From positions 124,001-182,524 of the forward strand of contig NW_001865071.1 in the NCBI RefSeq assembly GCF_000002865.3: a stretch of 58,524 bases of DNA, in the 5' to 3' direction. Positions 37,402-48,588 of the stretch are shown here, piece by piece. The stretch's first letter is position 1; each line of letters opens with the position of its first letter. The position numbers and the translations under genes are program-made. Source of the stretch: Monosiga brevicollis MX1. Taxonomy: Eukaryota. The notes below the pieces were generated by a model, which ran no database searches, was not told where the DNA came from, and saw only the letters and a list, made by a program, of their open reading frames with translations.

Positions 37402-37426
37402 AGAGAGAGAGAGAGAGAGAGAGAGA
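37402..37426. repeat. (AG)n microsatellite
   Basis: Directly visible. Confidence 0.9.
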
Positions 37427-37683
37427 AAGAGCGTGACGGACCATCTCTGCCGTGTTGTCGACCCACTGGCCCGTTTGCTTCGCCTTGTCCTTCGCCTTCT
37501 CCTACTCTTCCAATTCGGCCTGCTGGACTGGGCTGGGGCTGGGCTGGGGCTGGGGTGCTGCATGTGGGTGCTTGGCGGTTGAGGGACGCTAAATAGGCTA
37601 GATCAAACACAGAAAAAGGCTGGTGTTCGCGGCTCAGGGCTCGACGAGGACCGTGGCTGGAGCGATTGGCTACACCACTCGGA

Positions 37684-40600
37684 ATGGCGCGGGTCAAGTG
37701 GCGCCAGCTGATCATTGGCTTTTTGATACTATGGATGGGCGCGCTCTTCCTTCTCGTGACCCGCACGAGCCCCGCCGCGCACTCGGTAGGAGACGTGGCT
37801 CTTGATTCGGTGGTTGTTGGACATGCTGACCCCCCTCAAACCCTGGATCCTGCTCTCGATTTGCTCAGGTTGAACACGGACTGCAAGATGCCACTTTTTC
37901 AGATGATGGCGTGTTCGACATGGAATTTGAATCCGCAGGCGTCCCGCACAGGCGTCAACATCCACCCCCAACCGCCGCCAGTTCAACCGAGGTGGGTGTT
38001 GGAACTTGAACCCCTTACCGGTGCACATGTTCACGCCCCAGGGGACAGTCCTGTGGTTCAACAGGGGCGCTGACCCCATCAACCATCCACGCGCTTATTG
38101 CTATATGTATACATGTTCAGCGACCGGTGGCCAAGCGCCAGGAAGAACCCTGGTCCGTTCCTGAGCCTGCCGAGCAGATGGCGCGCTTGAAGAAGTTGGC
38201 CCAACAGGCTCCCGAACACGGATTCTTCAAGTCCCCCAAGACTAAACCCGTGGCCAAGGCTGACCCAGCCGAGCCGGATACCAAGCCTCAACCCCAGGCA
38301 GGCCCTGCGCCAGCCCATCAACCATGGCCCTGCCGGCTATCGGTACCGTCTTGCTCACGTGAATCTGAACGCGCTGCTTTCACCAGGCTGTCGACGGCTT
38401 TCTGGACGATGAGCTGCATCATGTTGCCGACCCCAAGGCCGAATGGATCTCCCTACCTCGACCTGCCGAGCCCTCGTAGGTGTTGAAAGCCGGCCCTGTG
38501 GGCGGCCTTGCTTGCCCGCCCTTGTTGTTGTACTCCCTCTCGTTTTGCGCTTGGACCAAAAACTCCCACCCTCAAGCAACTTGTGACCCCGCGACCTATT
38601 AGGGCACCACGCCTGGACAAAGTTCAAGAGATTGAGTCCCGCCGGTACTATTCAGCCTCCACCTCTCTTCAGCTTGCGAATCGAATGGCTTATTCCCACA
38701 TGCCGGGCAAATTCCATCTCGGACCCCATCGCCTCGTTCTTTTGTCAGCATCAGAAAGAGCTCATTGTCCTTGCTCGCCTTGGACCTCCAACAATCTGCG
38801 GCAGGCACCCAGACCCCATGCACATGAACGGCTTTAACGTCGAGGTCAGCGACAACTTGCCAACCAACCGGCTCATCCCTGAAGCCCGTCCATTCAAGTA
38901 TGACAACCTAAGCAATGCTCTTACTCCTGCTACCATAATAGTCCTCCTCCCCCTTTCAAAACCCTGGAACACAAATCCTGTAAACAGTGTCGCGCATTTC
39001 ACCCTGTCATATCTCCCCACCCGCAGATGCCAAAAGCGCCGTTATCCAGACGACTATGACTCGCTGCCGAGTACCACCATCATTTTCACTTTCCACAATG
39101 AAGCTCGCTCCGTATTGTATCGCTCCGTGCGCTCGTAAGTTCCGCCAGACGAAATGACTTCGACTTGAACAGCTTTGCAAGAACTCAGGCCGTTTTGACC
39201 TTGTTTTCACTGTGGCCACCTTGCCTCAGGGTCCTGGATCGGTCTCCGCCCGAGCTGATTGACGAAATCATCCTTGTCGACGACTTTTCCGATGATCGTA
39301 AGCCAAGCCAACGTCACCTTCCTTGGCACGTTGTTGGTGCTGTTTCTGATCGCTGGGGTTCTGTCCCATGTTTGCTTGCGTTGTGCTCTTGACTTGTGGC
39401 TATCTTAGCTGAACAGGGTAAAATTGTGTTGGGCATGGAGAAAGTGCGCATTTTGCGCAACACGCGCCGCGAGGGCTTGATCCGAAGCCGCATTCGCGCT
39501 GCCAACGCCGCTCAGAGCCCCGTTCTGACGTTTCTCGACAGCCACATTGAAGCCAACGTAGGCTGGCTCCCACCCTTGCTCGCGCACGTTGCCAAGGTCG
39601 GTAGCGCAGAGCGCGCGGTCCCATCTCTGTTGGTACACACACATGCTCATGTCCAAACCCATAGGACTACAAAACTGTTGCGAGTCCGATCATCGATGTG
39701 ATCAACATGGAAAACTTTGAGTACCTTTTTTCCACCCCAACGCTGCGCGGTGGTACGAAAGCAAGGTTTCCATGTATATCCCCTGCAACTCTTTCACCCC
39801 ATTGTCCCCCGACTTTCATTATCTTTTCTATGCTGGTTTGTCTTTGTCAGTGTTTTCGTGGAGCATGCAATTCCAATGGGGTCTCACTCCATATCACGTT
39901 GATCCCGATGAACCAATCAAGTACGTGCTGTGCTCGCAAAAGGACGCACCCAATAGCCGGTCCTGTCCCCTGCTGCACTGCTGCATGGCGTTTTCAAACC
40001 ATGCCAGCTAACTGCATGCATTGTTCATTGCCAACAGAACGCCCATGATTGCTGGGGGGCTCTTCAGCATCAGCAAGCGCTGGTTCGATGAGTCGGGACA
40101 GTATGATACTGGCATGGACGTCTGGGGTGGGGAAAATTTTGGTATGCATCCAACCCGCGACGCCATTCGCTCATTCGGGTCGTTGTCATCCCCAAGTTAG
40201 CCCGCCCCCNNNNNNNNNNNNNNNNNNNNNNNNNNNNNNNNNNNNNNNNNNNNNNNNNNNGGGCCCCCCCCCCCCCCCCCCCCCCCACACCCCCCTTAAC
40301 CCTGGGCCTATTTCTTGCGGCGGGTAGAAATCTCCTTTCGTACCTGGCAATGTGGCGGGGCTATGTATATTGATCCCTGCTCCCATGTGGGCCACATTTT
40401 TCGCAAAAGCCACCCATGTACGGCACCGACCCGGTCCCGCGTTTGTCATAGAGTGTGGCTCAGACCCGTATTCATTAAGCTTCTTGGTGCCTAAACCTGT
40501 AGACACCTTTCCCAAGGGCAATGGCAACACCTATGACACGTACGACAGAAGCTCGAACCGATTAATGACGATTGAGTTTCATTTGTGCTCACGTTGGACA

Positions 40601-41757
40601 ACATGTCATGATCGCTTGGCCTACAATTAGCAACACGGCTCGCACCGCTGAGGTGTGGATGGACGATTACAAGCAACACTTCTACCATGCCCGCCCATCG
40701 GCTCAAAAAGCGTACGGGTTTTTGTTTTTTCATCCGTGTCGCATGTGACGCGTGTATGAAGCGCGTCGCCGTGCATCTTGCCCCTGAATGGGGACTCGTC
40801 GAGTTTAAACTATTTGTTCCATCCCCTGCTCTCTTTCACTTTTATGACTTTGTTTTACAGCGTGGTGGGCGACGTGTCCGAGAGATTGGCTCTGCGAGAG
40901 AAGCTGGGTTGCAAGCCGTTCAAGTGGTATCTAGACAATGTCTTTCCTGAGCTCAGGTACTGAATTTGACGTACTTGGCTCAAGCTCTTGGCAGGCCCAT
41001 AAATCACTTGCACTCAATTTTGGGTCCCGGCTGGTCTGTGCGTTTTGTGTGGTTGCGCCAAAGCGTTCCCGGGCGCGACATGTTAGGCTTTGGCCAATTA
41101 CAGGCGCTGCATCTTCGCAATCGGTGCTTGGCCGTCAACATTCACGAAGTTTGTTCACTTGTGGTTGCGCCAACCTGTCTTCTCAAGGGGTGCCATTGAG
41201 ATACCGCCACGCCTCTTTTGTTCAGCTGACCGCGCTATATCATGTGGTATCGGATGTTCTCCGGCCTTGCCCACAGCATGACAAGATTCCAACCATTGCT
41301 TTTTGCATCAACGCTGATTCAGATACTCAGGTCGGGTCAAAGCAAAGCCTCTTTGTTAACGGAAATGGGGCGGGGCGGCCTGAGGTCACTTGTGGTGGTG
41401 TGCGTCTAGGAGTGGGTCTTTAGAGCCAAAGACCACAACCTCTTGTTTGCTGATGGACATGGCAGTGATCTGTGCCTTTCCCAAAAGGACAACACTGTCA
41501 ACTTAGCCTCCTGCAAACAGGCATCTAAGTATGGACATCGGTTTTATAGCCCCCTACGACCATCGAGCCTCTCTGAAGAAAAGCGTTTATGCCTCACATC
41601 GTGTTGCTGCACCCCCTTGCATCCCTACAGATGGGATCTTGTGGATCAGAAGCTACAAATTCAGGGCCAAGGACTGTGTCTCAGCACGACCCCGCATCGC
41701 CGCTTGCTCCTCGAAGCATGCGATCAAACAAAAGCCATTTGGAAATTTACCAAGTGA
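37684..41757 (+). CDS. GALNT: Polypeptide N-acetylgalactosaminyltransferase (GT27) with a C-terminal ricin-like lectin; multi-exon
   Basis: Type II anchor followed by [59 protein letters not shown] and [15 protein letters not shown], then Cys-paired lectin exons. Confidence 0.95.
40210..40260. other. Assembly gap (51 N) inside a GALNT intron, flanked by C-runs
   Basis: A run of N with poly-C on both sides. Confidence 0.98.
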
Positions 41758-42052
41758 CATCGTGACTGCCTGACAATATACCACCGTGCAAGTCCCACTA
41801 GCTGGCTTGCTGGTCATCGCGTCTTAGACAATGGACCATCGCTTGCTTGCTTGCCCTCGTCTTGTTTCTTGGGGGCAGCGGTGTAGTTATCAAATATTGT
41901 TCCAAAACACAGCCCGAAATTTCGAAATGGACATCTTTTTTTGTTTTTTCTTTTCCACAAGCTAATCCAACAGTATTTAAATGCGTGGAACGTATATCCT
42001 AGGCTCGCACTCAAGAGCTTGCGTTGAATACCGTTGACAGTGCCCACACAAG

Positions 42053-44631
42053 TCACCCTGTCTTGGTGCAGTTGACGAGCGGGGCCGGGGCCGAGCCGGA
42101 CACGGGCGTCCATCCCGCCACTGGTGGCTCAGATTCGTTGGTCGCATCCGCTGCAACATAGGTGTGTGAGCGTGAAGCAAGAGGCAATCAGGGGCGAGCA
42201 AGCCATGCGCAACCAACCGGCATAGAAAATGGTGTGCCCGGAGACGGCAATGTGATACTGGTTCTCATATTGATAAATGGACACGCCGTTGGGCCCGTCG
42301 AAGGCGCTACCATTTTTGGTATACACGCCATTCACAGTGCTTGAGCCGGCTTTGGAGAGAGTATACTCGGTGCAGCCCGGTGGGGCTGGCTGAGGCGTTG
42401 GGGGCAACGGTGCTTCACAGGACGAGCGGAAGGGATAGTGATAAGGCACACCATGATCCAAAAGGATGTCCTGGATCGCTGAGACGTTCACGTCGTGTAG
42501 AGCCTGGTTGTTGTTGTTAAGAGCAATGTGAATCGCCGCACCCGAGGCCTCACCCATCCGCCACAGCGTGGGCTCGACGCGAATAGAAGCAAACGTCACG
42601 TGGCTGGTGCTGGGGGTGTTGGGGCTTAGAGCGTTGGTGATTTCTGCACGCTTGGGCAGCAGCAAATAGTAAGGCAGCTCAAACCAAAACGCGCCGCCCA
42701 TGCTGGGCGAGGTCAATCCTTCGTTGTAGGCTTTCTTGCGTGATGTATTGGTGTCATCCACAACGGCAGTCCGCTGCATCTCGTGGATGTCGATCCCCCA
42801 GACAGCGAGGCCGATGCTGTCATTGCGGCAATTCTCTGCCGAAGCCTCGACGCGATCATTCTGCACATACACCTGGTCACCTACGAGCCGGCGAGCCTCC
42901 CGTACATACCTGACCATTGCAAGACAAGTTGGTATGGTCCATCGAAGGCGCAAAAAGAGGGTAGTGCAGCGATGAGCGCGGCTTTGCGATGCAGAGAACG
43001 AGGGGCGTGTGTGCGCAGTAGATCGGCGCTGAAAGCCGGGGACACGCACAGTTGTGGGGGAAAATGGCCGTTCTCGGGCCACTCGTCCTTGCACAAGCCC
43101 ATGTTGTCAAACTGTTCCTTTCGCACGTCAGCAGGCACATTGGCATCCGGATCGGCAAACCAGAAATACATGATTCCTTGCACGTAGTACTTGATCAAGT
43201 CATAAATGGCCCGACGCTGGGCGCGGGTGCCGTTAACGTAGCCGTACTCGAGACCCGGCGCATCAATTCCGACGGGCCCCGAGCCGCAGCTGCATGTCAG
43301 ATGAGGGGGTACACAGATGTGAAGAAGACAGTTGGGTCAGGAGAAGAGGCAGCGCTTTGCGGGCGCCGACACGGGGCTAGAGTGAGGGTCAAAAAAATGC
43401 TTGCACGTACCAGGCATCGCGCTTGTTGTTTGGAGGGTAGGCCGAGTAAGGCAGGTTGCCCCAGGGCAAGCGCAAAGACTTCTTGGCGGCCAATTCGCCG
43501 GCTAGGAAGCGACGGGCAATTTCAAAGTCAGATGTGTTGTAGCCGTCGGGGCGTGGAACAGGCACCTATGGGACGAGTGGGACATCGGCATCATGCACGA
43601 GGATGAACTGTTGAATGAGTTGAGACAGAGGAAATGATACGCTGGGGGGGGCGACCGTGCTCTAGTCAGAGGCGGTTCCGTGCTGGGTATGTGTAGCAGC
43701 GGAAGCAGCTGTGACCATCTTGGCTGACGAACCTGGTTATCGGGATCGAGACTGAGGCAGGCACGAAATGAATAGGCCATGACGTGATGATCTGCTTGGC
43801 CCAGATGAGTGCGAGGATCGGGGCCATTGCGCAAAAAGGAGAGCAGCGAGCCGTCATTCCACTCGGGATCAACGTAAACGTCAAACTAAGCCAAAGCGCG
43901 GTGTGGTGGTGTGGCCGGAGCAGATAAGCAGGCCCGGGGTGAGATGGGGTGGGACCCAGTGTCTGCTACCAGGCTTCAAGGTGTTTCATGCGGGATCATA
44001 CCTGGGCCTGCGAGCTGTCTGTTACACCGGCATACGATTCATTGTAAGTGTCGCGGGATTCACGGCCAAAAGTCATGGAGGCGCCGGCATAGGCCATCAA
44101 ATCACCCTCGTAGGAGGCATCCACGAAATATTGGGCGCGCCAAGTGACGGCAGATCCACCCGTGTTGGTATCATCGGTTGAAATGGCAGTGATGCGGGCA
44201 CCGTCCATGGCGACACCGCCATCTTCGAGGATGGAGGTGTTCATGTAGAGATGAATGTTCTTCCACTGGCGAATCATGGTGAGAAAGTTGCTGTGTCCCA
44301 CGTGATTGTCTGGTTGCCAGACAGGCTCGGAGGAGTTATAATAGCGGGCGTTGAGCATGCCCCAGACGAGTTCGTTGTCGCTCATTTCCTCGGCATAACG
44401 GTGGTCGCGCAGGCCGATGCCTCCGGGCGAGGCCATGCCGCCGACGTAGCCAGAGGGCTCAAGCACGGCGATCGAGACGGTGGAGGAGAGATTCGCCAGC
44501 ATAAAGGCCGCGCCCAGGCCTGCGGGTGTGGCCGAGTAAATCACGACGTCGTACACATTGTCGCTCTGGCCCAGACTGGCCAGTGACAGCATCAACGCCC
44601 CCCAGAAAAGGTGCCCGCTCACGGCCCGCAT
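42053..44631 (-). CDS. Secreted bacterial-type FAD-dependent oxidoreductase (FAD_oxidored/PF12831-like) with a small C-terminal domain; multi-exon
   Basis: Signal peptide followed by YDVVIYSATPAG, GGMASPGG, FVDASYEGDLMA...TFGRES, GLCKDEW, PPQL|YVREARRLVG and FASIRVEPT. The last exon ends PPVAGWTPVSGSAPAPLVNCTKTG*. Confidence 0.85.
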
Positions 44632-44862
44632 CTTTCACCTTGTGCAAGAACCAACAGGACGCCGACGACCCTGATCCTAAAAAGCAGCGACACCCACCCG
44701 AGAGAAGAATCCTCAGTCCATAACAAGCCAACTCGCACACTGCTGTCTCTCCCCTCCGACCCCCTCCCGCGCTGTGTGTCCTCTGCCCCCCTTCTCCCCG
44801 CTCGACGCACATCTCTGACCAGCGTCCTTGCGATCGCCATCCCTGCGCCACTGACCGTCTGC

Positions 44863-44906
44863 GAGAGAGCGAGAGAGATAGAGAGAGAGAAAAAATAAAA
44901 CACAAA

Positions 44907-44939
<33 letters not shown>
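44863..44939. repeat. Imperfect (GA)n plus (AAC)n microsatellites
   Basis: Directly visible between the FAD oxidoreductase and UBX genes. Confidence 0.9.
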
Positions 44940-45156
44940 GATAAAAATCTGACAATAACATTATACCACCCACGTTACCCCTCGGAAATAAAAGGACCGG
45001 CTGCTCCAGTGAAAATTTTGGTCTCGAGTAGGGTGGTCGTCAGGGCGGAAAGGAGCATTGTGTGGCATTGAAGCGGTGGGAGGGAGGAGGGGAACAAGAT
45101 GCTGCGGCGGTTGTGGCACGGTGGCGCGCAAAGGGGCTAGGGGGCAAGCTGTGGTG

Positions 45157-46123
45157 ATGGCTTTTCGGCCCGCCCCGCCACCGGGGCCTCGTGCCACTGC
45201 GAGTCAACCGCGACCTGGCCGGCGACCCAGCTCGGAGGCACGACGGCGGCAAGTGGCCCGCGGCGAGCCTCGGCCAACCTCGAGATCAGCCGGACAGCCA
45301 ATGAGGCCCCCTAGCACTTTGTCTGGCCATAGCGTGAAGCTTGGTGCCATCACCTCTCCAGGACTCGAGGCCCTTGTGCGCATGCCAACGGTATGCTACG
45401 CATCTGTCCAGCGGGGGCAACTTGGCCGCAATACACCCGGCATGTCTCGATTGAGTGCGCTGTTAGCTCGAAGCTTTTGGTAGGCCTGCACATTCAAAGA
45501 GAATTTGTTTGTGCATGCTTTTTCTAGACCGCTCGATTTGCTGCGCTCCCGAATATCGGAGCGGCCAAGGAGCCGAGTGTGGTCGATCCCGGCCCCACCC
45601 TGCGCATCCGCGTCCGATACCCTGATGGTGCACGCCATGAGGTGTGGGCGCACCGAACGGCATCTTGGCCATGGTCATTGCGATCGGGGTTCTTTTCGGA
45701 AGGGATATTGACGCGGCTGAACCGGTATCCCTCTAGGTCAATGTGGGCGCCAACATGCCAGCAATGCAGCTGTTGCAAAAGGCCTTTGAGCAATGGCCCG
45801 AACGCGGAAGCACCGTAAGCCAATTTTGGAATAAGATTGAGAGTCCTCTTTGGACGATGCATTTGGGGACTATCGGCCCACTTTGTCTCCTTGCCTGTCC
45901 TGGCGGTGTAGGTGGCGCATTTGCAGCTCTTTGATCCCGTGGCTCGACGACTCTTAGCCCTCGATGAGGTGCGTTGGTCACATCCTGACTGAGCAAGCTC
46001 AGATGTGTGGTTATGATGTGATCGTGCTGCTCATCCTTGCATGATGGATTCCAGGTTTTACACCACCAGGGCATGCGCGATCGCTCCGTGGTGCTACTGC
46101 AGACGACCGACGCTGATCCCTGA
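45157..46123 (+). CDS. UBX/ubiquitin-like domain protein (UBXN10-like); 5 exons
   Basis: Four phase-0 GT-AG introns join MAFRPAP...RMPT|TARFAALPNI...LRIRVRYPDGARHE|VNVGANMPAMQLL...|VAHLQLFDPVARRLLALDE|VLHHQGMRDRSVVLLQ. The C-terminal part has a UBX-like pattern. Confidence 0.65.
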
Positions 46124-46657
46124 CCCAGAACAAACAAGATGTTGTTTGGACAAAGATTCTGAGGTCTAGACATGAAAAAGTCAGGTTTTGATATGCGAAT
46201 TGACATTAGGCATGACGTTATGGACACAACACGGTGTTCGTCTCAATCCCCCAAGACAAGCACGAGAGGAAGAAGGTTTCCAGGTACAAGGCATGGGTCA
46301 TGCAGCGAGACGATGATGACACCAAAACCCAAGCATGACGGCAGAAAATCCTTTGCGTATGTACAGATTGTGCAGATGAAAGGGGGGGGGGCGGAAAACT
46401 CAAAATGCCCGGAGAGAAACGGAAGGACTGGGAGGAAAATGCAAGGGCCACTGGGGCCAGCCATCAAGCCACAAAAAGGTTGGACAGGGCAGACAAGAGC
46501 GGTCGTATGCACAGCATCGTCATAGCAAAGGTAAGGCAGGTCTCACTAGTCACTCAGAAACCAAGCAGGGGATGGGGTTATTTGAAGGGCGGGCACACTC
46601 TTTTTACATGATCCTTTACTTGGCATATTCATTCATCCACATCCACACCACTGCCAT

Positions 46658-47062
46658 TTAGTGTGCGTCGGCGTGACAGACAATCATGTAGGAGCGCGCG
46701 TCGTCATCGTCTTCAACGCTGTAGCATTCGCCAACGACCTGATGGGTAATGCGTCGACGGGGGTGGCCGGAGCAGTCGTGGCTAGTGTAGGCTTCCATGC
46801 CAACGACGATGCCGGCGCGGCAGGCAGTGGCGTTGGAAAACTGGAAGAAGGAATGGTTTGGGTCACGGTCGTAGCCGACGATTTGCATGTTGGGCTCGCA
46901 CTGATTGAAGGCGTCGCTCAGGATTTGGATTTGGTAGCCATTGGGGCGGTGGCACCAGTTGTCATCAAACTCGATGTAGTGCAGACCAGCGGCAGTCGGC
47001 AAGGTACAAGCCACCAGCAGCACCAGCACCAGAAGGACCTTGAACGTGGGAGTGGCAGCCAT
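46658..47062 (-). CDS. Small intronless secreted Cys-rich protein, 134 aa, unknown function
   Basis: Clear signal peptide (KVLLVLVLLVACTLPTAAG), 6 Cys in the mature part and strongly C/G-ending codons. Confidence 0.75.
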   Translation of the reverse strand: MAATPTFKVLLVLVLLVACTLPTAAGLHYIEFDDNWCHRPNGYQIQILSDAFNQCEPNMQIVGYDRDPNHSFFQFSNATACRAGIVVGMEAYTSHDCSGHPRRRITHQVVGECYSVEDDDDARSYMIVCHADAH

Positions 47063-47679
47063 GATGGTTGACTGAAGCACCACGATGGAGATGGACGAAA
47101 AGGGGGTGGACAGACAGAGCGTCGAACCAACAGTGACTGGAAAAGGAACGGCAGCGTCAATCGCCGGAGGAAGGGGCGCGCGGATGTACAAGGAAGGTTG
47201 AGCGTTGAAAGTGCAAGTGGGTAACGAGATGACGCCTCAGACCACCCAAGCTGAGGGGAAAAAGGTCATCGTTCCTCGGACTCGAGTTGTCGCGTCTTGC
47301 CAAAGCATCGATACGCCGCTCTCCACTTGACCACGCTCACCTTACAACGTGACACTTGACCCCTTCAAGTCGTCACCTGTTGCCCCGAACCCCACACGCA
47401 CACTTCTAGGCCCAACGCCCACGAGAAGCATGGTACAAGTACAACAGCTGCAGCGCGAGCTTGGGCATGGGCGTCGTCTGCACCCACTTGTGTTATCACA
47501 TTTTTGCTTAAGGGTTTGAGTCCTTCAAGTCATCAGTGTATGAGAGTCATGTCATAGTTTGAACGTTGCACCCTACCAAGCGATACAGCACAGCTTCTCG
47601 GGAATTCCACCTTCTTGTTCGAGCACAACAAGCCAACTTTTCATCGTCATGTTGACATCCTTGTTACCACACTTGGCTC

Positions 47680-47770
47680 GCCGTTTACACACTTGCTGAT
47701 GGTGTTGACGCCACTGAACCCTCTGGCACTCACCATTCTTATGCTCGGCGGTGGTGGCGTGCACACACCC
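47680..47770 (-). pseudogene. Degenerate MYND zinc-finger fragment
   Basis: NGECQRVQWRQHHQQVCK matches the second half of MYND (CQxxxWxxHxxxC). The upstream CARHHRRA* is in a different frame and ends in a stop. Confidence 0.45.
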
Positions 47771-48297
47771 CATGTTCAGTGCGGACGTTAATTTGTCAAA
47801 AACCTTGGAGACGAAGAAGCGTGTCAAGCCAAAAAGTATGTTCGAGCCCAGCCAAAACCCACATAGGGGGCCAAGTATGACAAATTAAAATGCCACTCTG
47901 GTCACACTTGAGATTCAGCATTGAGCATGATCTTGTTTTCTGATCCAGACCACGCACCCCACCACATGGTCTGGTCTGGCGCGGCGTGAGCAACAACTTG
48001 TTTTTGTATGGGGGGCAGAGCACGCCTGTGAAGCTAAATGTATTTTACTTCTATTTTCTTGTCTGACATCTGACGGTTAGCAACGCTTGATGATGTTTGC
48101 CCGGCACCCCTGTGTCTGTGTTTGTGCGTGAGTTGTGACTTGTATCATGGGTCTTTGTGTCTTGTGTGTGGTCCCGTGAGCCAAGGGCAGTGCTCATGCC
48201 CTGGGTTGCACCGGCATGCTGCTCTTATTCTTCTCATCACATCCAGCTTGAGCGGTGTACTTGATGAGAGGTGCCGAAACGCTGACAATTGCACGAT

Positions 48298-48303
<6 letters not shown>

Positions 48304-48372
<69 letters not shown>
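48304..48372. repeat. (CA)n microsatellite
   Basis: Directly visible. Confidence 0.97.
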
Positions 48373-48374
<2 letters not shown>

Positions 48375-48434
48375 GATGTCAGTGGGAAGAGTTGTGCACA
48401 AAATAGAGAGTGATAGCATTTACGTGAGAGAGTG

Positions 48435-48498
48435 CCGTCTTGTCGTCTTGACGTCTCGTCGTCTTGTCGTCTTGCCGGGTTGTCGTCTTGACGTCTTG
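48435..48498 (+). repeat. Tandem 8-mer repeat (NCGTCTTG) x8, imperfect
   Basis: ccgtcttg tcgtcttg acgtctcg tcgtcttg tcgtcttg ccgggttg tcgtcttg acgtcttg. Confidence 0.88.
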
Positions 48499-48588
48499 TC
48501 ATCGGGTGAGGATCTGGTCAGTGATTGAGTTGGGAGTACGGGAGGCGCGTCAAGTTATCGGTGCAGTCGTATTGCATGGGCCGGCGGT

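Noticed and set aside
40186..40300. Poly-Pro/Gly ORFs and a possible G-quadruplex around the N run
   Set aside because: This is an intronic assembly gap whose flanking homopolymers are unreliable.
46172..46611. Short ORFs between the UBX and secreted-protein genes
   Set aside because: No recognisable motif or consistent exon chain; likely convergent 3' UTRs.
48435..48498. Possible CRISPR-like array
   Set aside because: The units are contiguous 8-mers with no unique spacers, there are no cas genes, and the context is eukaryotic.
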